The notes beneath the pieces were generated by a model. That model searched no databases. It was not told the origin of the DNA and saw nothing but the letters and a program-made list of their open reading frames with translations. This document shows, in pieces, positions 18,847 to 28,191 of a stretch of 37,343 nucleotides of DNA. A program made the translations under genes and the position numbers. Source of the DNA: a virus. Each line of letters opens with the position of its first letter. The stretch's first letter is position 1. The DNA is taken from the IMG/VR virus record IMGVR_UViG_3300004094_000049; one strand, 5' to 3'.

Positions 18847-18872
18847 ACGCCGCATATTTTTTATTGCGGCGT
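18847..18872. terminator. Hairpin ending the operon
   Basis: ACGCCGCA-TATTTTTTAT-TGCGGCGT. Confidence 0.55.
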
Positions 18873-19029
18873 TAAAACTTGTCTTGGCATTTATTATTCA
18901 CTATAATGTATACACAAAATATACTTGTTTAGGATGATTCTGGAAACGCAACCCAATCAGCTAAACAAAATGTTGTGAATCGGATTTTACAACAATTCAT
19001 ACATTATAGGCCGACACTGATTAGTTTTA
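18873..19029 (+). promoter_or_regulatory. mfd promoter embedded in a long multibranch inverted-repeat structure
   Basis: TTGTCT(18879)-17-TATAAT(18902); CTATAATGTAT/ATACATTATAG closing arms; internal hairpins. Confidence 0.6.
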
Positions 19030-22000
19030 TGCTAGATACCGTTTTCTCTCCAAATCTACATGACTTCACTTCACAGCTTTACGGTGGTGTAAGTGGCTCT
19101 TCTGTTGCCTCGATAATTACTAAAGAATTTCAAGCAAACAATAGAACATCTGTTCTAGTCTGTGCTTCTGATCAGCAAGCTCAAGAAACATACAATCAGA
19201 TACGTTTCTTTAACAAAACGAATCTTGATGAAAGTAATATTCTCTATCTTCCTGGTCTTGAAACACTTCCATATGACTTGGAATCTCCACATGCTGAACT
19301 GATCGCTGATCGAGCAAAAGTCTTCTATGAGGTCTTTTCTTCAACATCGCAGAGCAATCCTGAAAGTAAGCTGATTGTTACTTCAATCAACTCTCTTGTG
19401 CAAAAAATTTGCTGTGGAAAGCACTGGGTAGAAAGTTCATGGATTATCGAGCGAAACGAAGCTCTTTCTATTCCTGAGATTATTGAACATCTTTCGACTC
19501 TTGGTTACAAGCAAGATACGCTTGAGTCAACTTCGATGGCAACGTTCTTTAATACCAACGATAACATTGATATTTTTTCTACGAGTGAAGAGGCTCCCAT
19601 TCGAATTAAAGTTCGTGATGGTGTCGTTCACAGCATGAAAGCAATAGATATTAATACTCAGTTGACCGTTGGTGAAGAGATAGAAACCCTTAAAGTACTA
19701 CCTGCACGCGAGATCCCTGTCTCTGCACAAGGCGTTCGTACTTTCAAGATCAACTATCGACGCACTTTCAATCGCGCTATCGGTGATAAATTCTACGAAA
19801 GTGTTAGCCACTTTGACTTCCCAAGCGGCATTGAGAGTCTTCTACCATTATTCTCTGATACAAACGTATCACTTCTTGAGGCAGTCCTTCCGCTCGATCC
19901 TTGTGTCTATATTCTTGATGGTGCAAAAGAATCGCTAGAAAAGTATCTTGTACAAATAAATAAACGATACAACGAGTTAGGTAAAGATAAAACTCGTCCT
20001 ATTCTTCCACCAAACAAAGTTTGGCTGGATGGTAGACGTCTCGCTGAAGTACTGAATGATGCCAATGTGTTTAAAGTTCAATCAAGTGTATCAGAGCACG
20101 ATGAAAAAACTTTCCACACTCAACTCACGAATTTTACGAGGAAGAGTAATCTCAATGAGATCATTGAAATGCTATCCGAGTATACAGTTCAAGCCTCAAA
20201 GACCATTGTATTTATTCACTCTGATGTACGACTTCAGCAAGTAGAAACACTTCTTAGTCTATTAGATAAAGACGTGGAGATCTGTAGTAGTTGGGACGAA
20301 GCTTTAGCTTCTGATTCTGATGCATGTATTATTGAAGCTGGCATTAACGTAGGTTTCTATGATTTAGATAATGACATGCTTGTTGTTACTGAAAAGGAAA
20401 TCTTCGGACAGCCGATTCAGGCGAAAGATGAATCAGGCTTAGAACGCTCTGCCCCAATGAACATGAATGACTTAAAGTACCTTAAGACAGGTGATTTGGT
20501 CGTTCATATTAATAATGGTATTGGTCGCTACGACGGTTTAAAGGTTCTCTCTGTTAATGGTGCAGACAAAGAATACTTTACTATCAACTATGCAGACTCT
20601 GCTAAAGTCTACGTCGATCTGAACGATTTGCAGTTGGTCAGTAGGTATTCTGGCGCGGATCCAGAGAAAATTAAACTTGATCGAAAAGATGCCAAGAAAT
20701 GGGGTGCGAAAGTTGAGCAAGCCGTTAAGCATATCCAAGGAACTGCCTTGCAATTACTTGAGGCACAAGCTGAACGCGCTGCGAAAAGAGGTATTGTATT
20801 TGATAAGCCAATGAGTTCTTACAACCGCTTCTGTCAGGAGTTCCCGTATCAACCTACATCTGATCAAATAAAAGTTTCCACAGAAATTGCACAAGACTTA
20901 ATTAGCCCAGTTCCAATGGACAGGCTTGTTGCTGGTGACGTTGGCTTTGGCAAGACTGAAATTGCAATGCGTACTAGCTTTATTGCCGCAGCTTCTGGTT
21001 ATCAAACCGTTGTTTTAGCTCCATCTACTATTCTTGTGCATCAGCACTTTGAGAGCTTTAAAAGTCGATTTGCCAACACTCCGTACAAAATTGTTGAACT
21101 CTCTAGTAGTAGCAATAACAAGCACGCCCTGGCTCAAATTAAGTCTGGTGATGCTGACATTATCATTGGCACTCATAAAGCGATTCAGAAGTCCGTAAAG
21201 TACCACAATCTCGGCCTTTTAATTGTCGATGAAGAGCATCGTTTTGGTGTTAAAGCTAAAGAGCAGTTACGTTTTATCTCTAAAGACATCAATATACTGT
21301 CAATGACGGCGACACCTATACCTCGCTCGCTATCAATGGCAATGAATGGCATTAGAGACATGTCTGTGCTTGCAATACCACCAGCTAAAAGACTGTCTAT
21401 CAGAACACAAGTACGCAATAAAACTAATGATGTTCTGGTTGAAGCTGTTGAGCGTGAGCTTTTAAGAGATGGGCAGGTTTTCTATGTTCACAATAACACA
21501 TCGACCATTGATGAATGTGCAGATACACTGAGAGCCATTTTCCCTTCTGCTCGAATCTGTGTGGGTCACGGAAAAATGTCCACTCAGGAACTTGAGACTG
21601 TTATGTCTGCGTTCTATAAGCACGAGTATGATATTTTGGTTGCAACGACGATCATTGAAACGGGTATCGATGTACCTAACGCAAACACAATAATCATTGA
21701 AGAAGCGGAAAACTTTGGTGTGGCATCACTACATCAGCTTCGTGGCCGTGTAGGACGTTCACACCACCAAGGTTATGCCTATTTACTTCGTGGTAAAGCC
21801 GCGAACTCAGAAACAAGTATAAAGCGCCTCAATGCAATGGAAAATGCCACCCAACTTGGTGACGGCTTCCTTCTTGCAAATCATGACTTGGCTATCCGTG
21901 GTGCTGGTGAAATACTTGGGGAAGAGCAAAGTGGACACATGGCTCAAATTGGTTATGAGCTGTATGATAAAATCATGCAACACGCCTTGGAGCTAATCCG

Positions 22001-22499
22001 CGACAACGGCATGATTGAGCTAACTAATAAACAGGTAGATTCTCTGTACAAAGGACAAGAGAGTACTCAAATTGATGTGGGCCTTGCTGGTCTCATATCG
22101 CCTCAGTATGTCTCTAACGAACAGCTCAGGCTTTCTCTGTACCGAAAAATTTCTCTTGTTGAAACCAAAGACGATGTCGAACAGATTAAGGCTGAATTAG
22201 TTGATCGCTTTGGCCCACTGCCTAAAAACACAGAGCGTCTGCTAGAGATTTCCAAACTTAAAACAGTTATCGTTAAGCTAGGCATCAATGAGATTAAGCT
22301 TCATCCAAATGGTGGCGTTATGAAGGTCTCTCACGCCAAAGAGAGCAGTCATAAGCTTGTTGATATGGTAGAGCGCAATGCGCCTGAGATGCAGCTCTCT
22401 ACACCCTTTGCAGCGACAATCTACAACAAGTTTGAGAACCCAGATGATCGTGTGAATCACGTAATTAAGCTCATAAAACAATACGCTAGCGCAAAGTAA
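19029..22499 (+). CDS. mfd: Transcription-repair coupling factor Mfd (diverged)
   Basis: LETLPYD, LPARE, CarD-like RID (GDLVVHINNGIGRYDGL), PMDRLVAGDVGFGKTEIAMR, DEEHRFGV, TATPIPRSL, QLRGRVGRS, DLAIRGAGEILGEEQSG, RLSLYRKI, ELVDRFGPLP. ATG 19029 preferred over GTG 18975. Confidence 0.95.
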   Translation: MLDTVFSPNLHDFTSQLYGGVSGSSVASIITKEFQANNRTSVLVCASDQQAQETYNQIRFFNKTNLDESNILYLPGLETLPYDLESPHAELIADRAKVFYEVFSSTSQSNPESKLIVTSINSLVQKICCGKHWVESSWIIERNEALSIPEIIEHLSTLGYKQDTLESTSMATFFNTNDNIDIFSTSEEAPIRIKVRDGVVHSMKAIDINTQLTVGEEIETLKVLPAREIPVSAQGVRTFKINYRRTFNRAIGDKFYESVSHFDFPSGIESLLPLFSDTNVSLLEAVLPLDPCVYILDGAKESLEKYLVQINKRYNELGKDKTRPILPPNKVWLDGRRLAEVLNDANVFKVQSSVSEHDEKTFHTQLTNFTRKSNLNEIIEMLSEYTVQASKTIVFIHSDVRLQQVETLLSLLDKDVEICSSWDEALASDSDACIIEAGINVGFYDLDNDMLVVTEKEIFGQPIQAKDESGLERSAPMNMNDLKYLKTGDLVVHINNGIGRYDGLKVLSVNGADKEYFTINYADSAKVYVDLNDLQLVSRYSGADPEKIKLDRKDAKKWGAKVEQAVKHIQGTALQLLEAQAERAAKRGIVFDKPMSSYNRFCQEFPYQPTSDQIKVSTEIAQDLISPVPMDRLVAGDVGFGKTEIAMRTSFIAAASGYQTVVLAPSTILVHQHFESFKSRFANTPYKIVELSSSSNNKHALAQIKSGDADIIIGTHKAIQKSVKYHNLGLLIVDEEHRFGVKAKEQLRFISKDINILSMTATPIPRSLSMAMNGIRDMSVLAIPPAKRLSIRTQVRNKTNDVLVEAVERELLRDGQVFYVHNNTSTIDECADTLRAIFPSARICVGHGKMSTQELETVMSAFYKHEYDILVATTIIETGIDVPNANTIIIEEAENFGVASLHQLRGRVGRSHHQGYAYLLRGKAANSETSIKRLNAMENATQLGDGFLLANHDLAIRGAGEILGEEQSGHMAQIGYELYDKIMQHALELIRDNGMIELTNKQVDSLYKGQESTQIDVGLAGLISPQYVSNEQLRLSLYRKISLVETKDDVEQIKAELVDRFGPLPKNTERLLEISKLKTVIVKLGINEIKLHPNGGVMKVSHAKESSHKLVDMVERNAPEMQLSTPFAATIYNKFENPDDRVNHVIKLIKQYASAK

Positions 22500-22503
22500 G
22501 AAG

Positions 22504-22527
22504 AAGCCCCGCATAATGCGGGGCTTT
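22504..22527. terminator. Bidirectional intrinsic terminator
   Basis: AAGCCCCGCA-TAA-TGCGGGGCTT. Confidence 0.85.
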
Positions 22528-22531
22528 CTAC

Positions 22532-23092
22532 TTAGATAGCACCAGACAATGAAAGTAAAGAATGAATTAACCTGATAAGAAAGTAAAAGCTAATCCCTAT
22601 CACTGTGTAGGCAGGCACAAAGATGAACCAAGGGTTTTGCTCCAATCTAGTACTGATAACTGAATCACTGATATTTTCAGGGTTAAAGTATACCTTGATC
22701 ATCTTCCCTTCTAGCTCATCAATCTGCTCAATACCTCTGAACTCAGGGAGCATTTTCAACAAACCCTTAGTCGCATGCTTCTGAGTTAAATCAAACTGAT
22801 CATTGAAGTAATCTCTATCTTCATAAGTGTACCTATAAGTAATGAGGTACTTGCCACGTTCACGTCGCACATCCCGAATCCGACCCATTAATGTAGGCCA
22901 TTTTCTAGCACGTCTAATCTTTATATGTTTCGTCAAATAGATTATAGTGATGACGAAAATTACGGCGCTCATAAGAAACAACAACGTAAGTGGCGCAAGA
23001 TAAAAATCACCAGAAAGTGATTCAGAACCAGACACTAAATAGTAGGTCAAACAAGCAATAATTCCTGTACTTAGCAGTAAACTTAGTAGCAT
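22532..23092 (-). CDS. DUF3592-like membrane protein
   Basis: TM segments; ARKWPTLMGRI, ITYRYTYEDRDY, IKVYFNPENISDSVI. Confidence 0.75.
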   Translation of the reverse strand: MLLSLLLSTGIIACLTYYLVSGSESLSGDFYLAPLTLLFLMSAVIFVITIIYLTKHIKIRRARKWPTLMGRIRDVRRERGKYLITYRYTYEDRDYFNDQFDLTQKHATKGLLKMLPEFRGIEQIDELEGKMIKVYFNPENISDSVISTRLEQNPWFIFVPAYTVIGISFYFLIRLIHSLLSLSGAI

Positions 23093-23173
23093 AAGACCCT
23101 CTCTTGTTGATTGTTATTAAGGCTTAAATTATTGTTTGCGCATTAATATAATATAAAAATAAGGTATCGTCTA

Positions 23174-23710
23174 ATGGTTTTTTTAGTTATAATATCGCTT
23201 GTTTTCTTAACAACTTCACACACTCAAGCATCAGAGATTTACCCCACTATAGGTATCCCTTTAGAGATCGTTCAATACGCAAGTGTTTTTATGGTTTCAT
23301 TTTCACTAGGGGCATGGATGCTGCGTGAAAGATATCAGCACACCCAAACTGTAAAAAATAAACAAAATTTCAGTACCATTTCATGGCGAGACTTTGAGGA
23401 ATTGGCTGGAGAGTATTACCGTAAAAAAGGTTACTCTGTTCAAGTGGTCGGAGGCTCTGGTGGTGATGGTGGAATTGACTTAATTGCCAAGAAGCGATTC
23501 CGAAAAACCATCGTACAATGTAAACACTGGAAAAATAAAATTGGTGTTTCAATTGTACGTGAGATGTTTGGTGTCATGCATGCTGAGTCTGCTCATAGAG
23601 TTGTGATAATTTGCTCTGGTCAATTTACCAGCGAAGCTATCGCATTCGCTGAAGGAAAGCCGATTGAGCTTGTAGATGGCCCTACTTTCATAAAAAGGTT
23701 AAACAAATAA
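23174..23710 (+). CDS. Membrane-anchored Mrr-like restriction endonuclease domain protein
   Basis: Two N-terminal hydrophobic segments; WRDFEELAGEYY..GY.V..GGDGGIDL..IVQCKHW..VRE..G..FTSEA..FA..IELVDG. Confidence 0.85.
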   Translation: MVFLVIISLVFLTTSHTQASEIYPTIGIPLEIVQYASVFMVSFSLGAWMLRERYQHTQTVKNKQNFSTISWRDFEELAGEYYRKKGYSVQVVGGSGGDGGIDLIAKKRFRKTIVQCKHWKNKIGVSIVREMFGVMHAESAHRVVIICSGQFTSEAIAFAEGKPIELVDGPTFIKRLNK

Positions 23711-23711
23711 T

Positions 23712-25055
23712 ATGCAAGAAGACCTGTTCACCCAACCTTCAGTGTGTCTTGATCAACCGTTAGCTGCTGCCATAAGGCCCTCAGGTCTTAATGGTTACTT
23801 TGGGCAGGAGCATTTGACTGCCCCAGATAAGCCCTTAGGCCGTCTCTACAGTCAAAAAAAGCTCCATTCCATGATCCTCTGGGGAAGTGCAGGAACAGGT
23901 AAAACAACACTAGCAAAGATCTTAGCAGGAAATGCTACTTACACTCTCATTGAACTCTCCGCCGTTGGTAGCGGCGTTAAAGACATGCGTGAAGCCTTTA
24001 CGAAAGCTAAAGAGCAAGCCAATATGTATGGGCGTAAGACGGTCTTACTCGTAGATGAAATTCATTCCTTCAATAAATCTCAACAGGACATTTTGCTTCC
24101 TGAGGTTGAGTCAGGGCTGATCACCTTAGTAGGATGCACAACAGAAAACCCTTCATTTAGTTTGAACAATCCGTTGCTCTCGCGAGTTCGCGTCTATACA
24201 TTGAAACCCCACTCAATTGAAAGTACGCGCATAATTTTGAATAAAGCTGTTGAGTTTGCTCGCAGAGATTTAACTCGGTCTCTCGATAAAATCGATATTG
24301 ATGATGATGCAATGAGTGGGATTGTTGATCTCTCTAGTGGTGACGCAAGAGCGGCTATAGGTATATTAGAGGCTCTTCTTGATTTAGCATCTACGGGGAA
24401 CTATTGCCACATAACACTTCAACATCTTGCAGAGTTCAGTAAGTTTGGGGGATACGATAAAAGTGGAGACGACCATTACAATCAGCTTAGTGCTTTACAC
24501 AAATGCATAAGAGGCAGTGATCCTGATGCTGCACTTTATTGGACGGCAAGACTTATTACACAAGGATGTAATCCAAATATTGTTTTAAGACGCCTCAGCG
24601 CCATTGCATCAGAAGATGTTGGCATGGCAGACCCGTATGCCATGACACTAGTTGAAAGTGCATGGAGGGCCTATGAACGCACAGGAGACCATGAAGGGTT
24701 ACGCTCGATTGGTTTATGTGCTGTCTATTTAGCGAATGCGCCTAAATCTAATAGCATTTATACAGCTTGGAAAGAAGCTCTAGAATTGGCGAAAAACACA
24801 ATTAATCACGAAGTTCCAATTCACCTAAGGAACGCGCCTACAGAATTGATGAAAGAGCTTGGGTACAAAGATGGGTATCGATACTCACATGATGAGTTCT
24901 TTAACTATTCACCTGGGCAGACATACTTGCCTGAAGACTTGGTTGGTTTATCGCTATACAAACCTACTGCGCATGGCCGAGAAAAAAACCAAAAAGAATT
25001 GATGGAATATCGGGCAAAACTAGATGAGCAGTACCTAAAAGAAATTAATAGTTAG
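23712..25055 (+). CDS. rarA: Replication-associated recombination protein A (RarA/MgsA)
   Basis: PLAAAIRP, GQEHL, SMILWGSAGTGKTTLA, VDEIHSFNKSQQD, TTENPSF, SALHKCIRGSDPDAALYW, ASEDVGMADP, PKSN, VPIHLRNAPT. Confidence 0.95.
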   Translation: MQEDLFTQPSVCLDQPLAAAIRPSGLNGYFGQEHLTAPDKPLGRLYSQKKLHSMILWGSAGTGKTTLAKILAGNATYTLIELSAVGSGVKDMREAFTKAKEQANMYGRKTVLLVDEIHSFNKSQQDILLPEVESGLITLVGCTTENPSFSLNNPLLSRVRVYTLKPHSIESTRIILNKAVEFARRDLTRSLDKIDIDDDAMSGIVDLSSGDARAAIGILEALLDLASTGNYCHITLQHLAEFSKFGGYDKSGDDHYNQLSALHKCIRGSDPDAALYWTARLITQGCNPNIVLRRLSAIASEDVGMADPYAMTLVESAWRAYERTGDHEGLRSIGLCAVYLANAPKSNSIYTAWKEALELAKNTINHEVPIHLRNAPTELMKELGYKDGYRYSHDEFFNYSPGQTYLPEDLVGLSLYKPTAHGREKNQKELMEYRAKLDEQYLKEINS

Positions 25056-25570
25056 TATTTTAACTCTCTTTTCTGCTCTTTCCACGAGCCTGTCTCCCAA
25101 AAGGCATGCTCTGGATTCATGCCAGCTAGTGCCACCAGAATTTTCATTGCCCCAACATCGTTATCACACCACTTATACAATCTAGATGCCACTGTCTTTA
25201 AGGAACTTTGATGCGCGGATGTAAAGTAAAAAGAATCAGTAAAATCGTCAAAACCTTCAGGGATTAACCTGCCACCATCTATCGTCATTGTTTTAATAAT
25301 TGTTCTACTGACAATGTCCCTAGACTCGATATCGTAAGCCACTAAGCTCATTTGTATATGCTCAGGTGGCTTGTAGCCTCTATCTGTTTGTTGAATCTCA
25401 CAAACAGTGGATGTGGTAGCGACTGTTTTCGCAGCCACTTTCTTGGTAGGTTTCCGTGCTTTTGCCAGAAAATCCGCCAAGGCAATTATTGGCTGCGATG
25501 TGGTTAGGCCAGAAGTAGGTTTCCCATCAACATCCACTTGTGTCACACGATATAGAAATTTACTAGACAT
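25052..25570 (-). CDS. Hypothetical protein
   Basis: 172-aa ORF convergent with rarA, stop codons overlapping. Confidence 0.65.
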   Translation of the reverse strand: MSSKFLYRVTQVDVDGKPTSGLTTSQPIIALADFLAKARKPTKKVAAKTVATTSTVCEIQQTDRGYKPPEHIQMSLVAYDIESRDIVSRTIIKTMTIDGGRLIPEGFDDFTDSFYFTSAHQSSLKTVASRLYKWCDNDVGAMKILVALAGMNPEHAFWETGSWKEQKRELKY

Positions 25571-25640
25571 ACACTTATTGCATCCCTTAATATAGTCACA
25601 ATATTATAACTCAAATAAACAATAAGAAGAAACCAAGAAG

Positions 25641-26240
25641 ATGAAAAACATCAAAACCATAGCACTTGCTACAACAGTTATGGCCCTTGTCGGTTGCAAC
25701 AGCGTAACTGTAAAAGATTCAGACTTAGAAAGTGAGTTCAATGCACAACTGAATGAGAGAAAGCTTAAAAGTTCATTTGTCTACCAGTCAAGCCCAAGCC
25801 CCTATACAATTCAAATTCACGATATTGACTTTGATCTTGATGATAAAAACAAGTTTTCCATCGAAGGTGAAGTACACCTAAATGGTGATGAGTTTGATAC
25901 CAAAACACCAATCAGCCTTTATGGTCACACTGATATAAAACTCAATCGTGCGACAGGCGTTCTCTACCTTTCTAACTTCTTTGTTGAATCGATCACTCTT
26001 CCTGAATACCACGGCATCGCTGTCAATCGTATAGAGAAAGAACTTCTTATTTCTAGCCATTTGTTACTAGAAAGCCAATTGCGCAGCCTTATCGTTTCTG
26101 ACTTCTCAGAAGAGCTGAAAGCTTATGAGGCTCACGGTATAAATCTCAATAATTTCAACATTGATATGAAGACTAAAGATGGAAAGATAGTCATCCAACA
26201 GAAAAAAAAGGAGCTTGATAACAGTGACTTACAGGAATAA
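25641..26240 (+). CDS. Lipoprotein, possibly DUF1439/YceB-like
   Basis: Lipobox MALVG-C; beta-rich mature region with 'GVLYLSNF'. Confidence 0.65.
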   Translation: MKNIKTIALATTVMALVGCNSVTVKDSDLESEFNAQLNERKLKSSFVYQSSPSPYTIQIHDIDFDLDDKNKFSIEGEVHLNGDEFDTKTPISLYGHTDIKLNRATGVLYLSNFFVESITLPEYHGIAVNRIEKELLISSHLLLESQLRSLIVSDFSEELKAYEAHGINLNNFNIDMKTKDGKIVIQQKKKELDNSDLQE

Positions 26241-26241
26241 C

Positions 26242-26757
26242 TTGATATTAGGCAGTGATGGACTCGTGACAGCATTGGTCTCAGGAAAAACTTACTGCGG
26301 TTGTTTTTCTGAGATAGACTCAGCAAGTGGTTTTGGGAAATATGGTCTTGGACTTGTCGTTTCTTATCTATTTAATGATGTGGCTATCATAGATCTCGAT
26401 AAGACTATTGAGATGTGGGAAGAAAAACTTAAACAGTACATCTTAGACTTAACAGACAGCGGTGTATCGGTAAGTGCAACCTCTGAAATTGAAAGCAGGT
26501 GCCAAGCTTTCTTGAATGAGATCGAAAGCAAGGACATTGCAAAGCCTGTCGATTTTTATGAAAAATGGCTAGAGCCTGTGATACTTGATATGGGCCATAC
26601 GAAATACGACTCTACTGAAATAGAAGTCTCTATCAAAGAGTTTTTTAACAATAGCTGCGTAGCATTAGATCTTCCAGAAGACGAATATAATTTTGTCGAT
26701 TCTTATCTAAAGCCAATTTGTTATACAGGTTTTTCAGACTTAATCCGTGTGCTATAA
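26242..26757 (+). CDS. Acidic hypothetical protein
   Basis: Likely TTG start at 26242 after AGGA; ORF-track start is 26215. Confidence 0.55.
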   Translation: MILGSDGLVTALVSGKTYCGCFSEIDSASGFGKYGLGLVVSYLFNDVAIIDLDKTIEMWEEKLKQYILDLTDSGVSVSATSEIESRCQAFLNEIESKDIAKPVDFYEKWLEPVILDMGHTKYDSTEIEVSIKEFFNNSCVALDLPEDEYNFVDSYLKPICYTGFSDLIRVL

Positions 26758-26786
26758 TATAATAAAAATAATAATACAGGTGAAGT

Positions 26787-27218
26787 ATGTCATTCATTAA
26801 AGAACTAAAGGATAATAATTTCCACAATACCAAAGGCAAAATTTACGATGCTATGAGAGGCTTCCTTCTTGAGTTTGGCAATGAGGTAGAATCATACCGC
26901 GCTAACGAACAAGATTGTATTGAATGGGAATCACCAGATAAACGCTTCTTAATGGAGATGTCCTTTGATGAAGCAGAACCCGCATTCGATGAAGTGAGTG
27001 AGCGTAAAAACACTACAGCCTTTAGAAGTCGCCGTGGTCATATTGAGCTTATTGATCGAGAAGCAAATACAACTCTTTACTCATTTACTAATGCAGACAG
27101 GCAAGAGCGAGACACATTAGTTGAATTTAAACAAGATTGGTTCAAGCCAATCTACTTGCACAAGAAAGCTGCAATGGAAAAATCTAACGATCAAGCTGTA
27201 GCAGCACCTGGCATGTAA
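26787..27218 (+). CDS. Hypothetical protein with C-terminal ...AAPGM tail
   Basis: 143 aa; AGGTG RBS; upstream extended -10 TGCTATAAT. Confidence 0.7.
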   Translation: MSFIKELKDNNFHNTKGKIYDAMRGFLLEFGNEVESYRANEQDCIEWESPDKRFLMEMSFDEAEPAFDEVSERKNTTAFRSRRGHIELIDREANTTLYSFTNADRQERDTLVEFKQDWFKPIYLHKKAAMEKSNDQAVAAPGM

Positions 27219-27238
27219 ACTTTATCCACTGTCTCAAA

Positions 27239-27291
27239 TTGACTGTCTCTTAATGCACTCGTAATATTTATCAAAAAAAATCGAGTGCATT
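27239..27291 (+). promoter_or_regulatory. pilD promoter with a 10-bp perfect inverted repeat bracketing the -10
   Basis: TTGACT-17-TAATAT; AATGCACTCG (27252-27261) / CGAGTGCATT (27282-27291). Confidence 0.6.
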
Positions 27292-27295
27292 TTTA

Positions 27296-28183
27296 ATGGA
27301 AACCATAAATCAAATATCTGATCTGCTTAGCAGCATTCAGACTGAACACCCTATCATTTTCTACTCATTCATTTTTGCTTATGCGGCATCATTTGCAACG
27401 TTCCTTAACGTTGTCATATTTAGAATGCCATTTATTATGGATAAAGAGTGGTGTGAAGATGCTACTGCATTTTTAGCTCATAAAGGTGTAAAGCATGACG
27501 AAATCAAACCCAACAACCTTATGTACTCGGTCATTGGTGGACGCTCACATTGTCCAATTTGCTTCGACCAAATTCCTCTGTACTACAACATTCCTATCCT
27601 TGGATGGTTAATGCTCAAAGGTAAATCGGCATGTTGCAAACAGCCTATTCCCTTTAGATATATCGGATTTGAACTGCTATATACCGCTGGTGTTTTGGTA
27701 ATTTTTACTCAATTTAGCATAATGCAATCGGTCTTTTTATCATTGTTTCTCTTTGTGGGCCTAGCAATCGCGGCAATAGATGCAAAAACTACATTTATTC
27801 CAGATTTTCTGAGCTACACGCTGCTTTGGTCAGGGCTTATAGCAAGTACAATGGGTGTGTTTAACACTCCAATCGAGTCAATTATCGGTGCATCAGGTTC
27901 ATTTCTATTTTTGTATGTTATTGCGAAATCTTACACTATGGTTCGCGGAATTGATGGCATGGGCGCAGGGGATTTTAAGCTCGTAGCTGCGATTGGTGCT
28001 TGGACTGGTATTGCTGCCATGCCGTTCACTCTACTATTGGCATGCTTTACAACGTTCTTCCTCATGATTATGAGCAAAACAATGCTGCGCACAATCCCTG
28101 GAATGCAAAACCTTCAAGGTGCTCCATTTGGCCCTGGTCTAATAATTTCTGGTTTAATTATGACTATTCACCAAATTCTTTAA
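27296..28183 (+). CDS. pilD: Prepilin peptidase / N-methyltransferase (A24A)
   Basis: FLNVVIFRMP, RSHCPIC, NIPILGWLMLKGKSACC, AIDAKTTFIPD, GMGAGDFKL, PFGP. Confidence 0.92.
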   Translation: METINQISDLLSSIQTEHPIIFYSFIFAYAASFATFLNVVIFRMPFIMDKEWCEDATAFLAHKGVKHDEIKPNNLMYSVIGGRSHCPICFDQIPLYYNIPILGWLMLKGKSACCKQPIPFRYIGFELLYTAGVLVIFTQFSIMQSVFLSLFLFVGLAIAAIDAKTTFIPDFLSYTLLWSGLIASTMGVFNTPIESIIGASGSFLFLYVIAKSYTMVRGIDGMGAGDFKLVAAIGAWTGIAAMPFTLLLACFTTFFLMIMSKTMLRTIPGMQNLQGAPFGPGLIISGLIMTIHQIL

Positions 28184-28191
28184 TTTAGCGA

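Noticed and set aside
25574-25626. Weak 7-8 bp inverted repeats around the -10 boxes at 25574-25626, 3070-3116 and the secA promoter
   Set aside because: Short, AT-rich or mismatched; indistinguishable from background without statistics.
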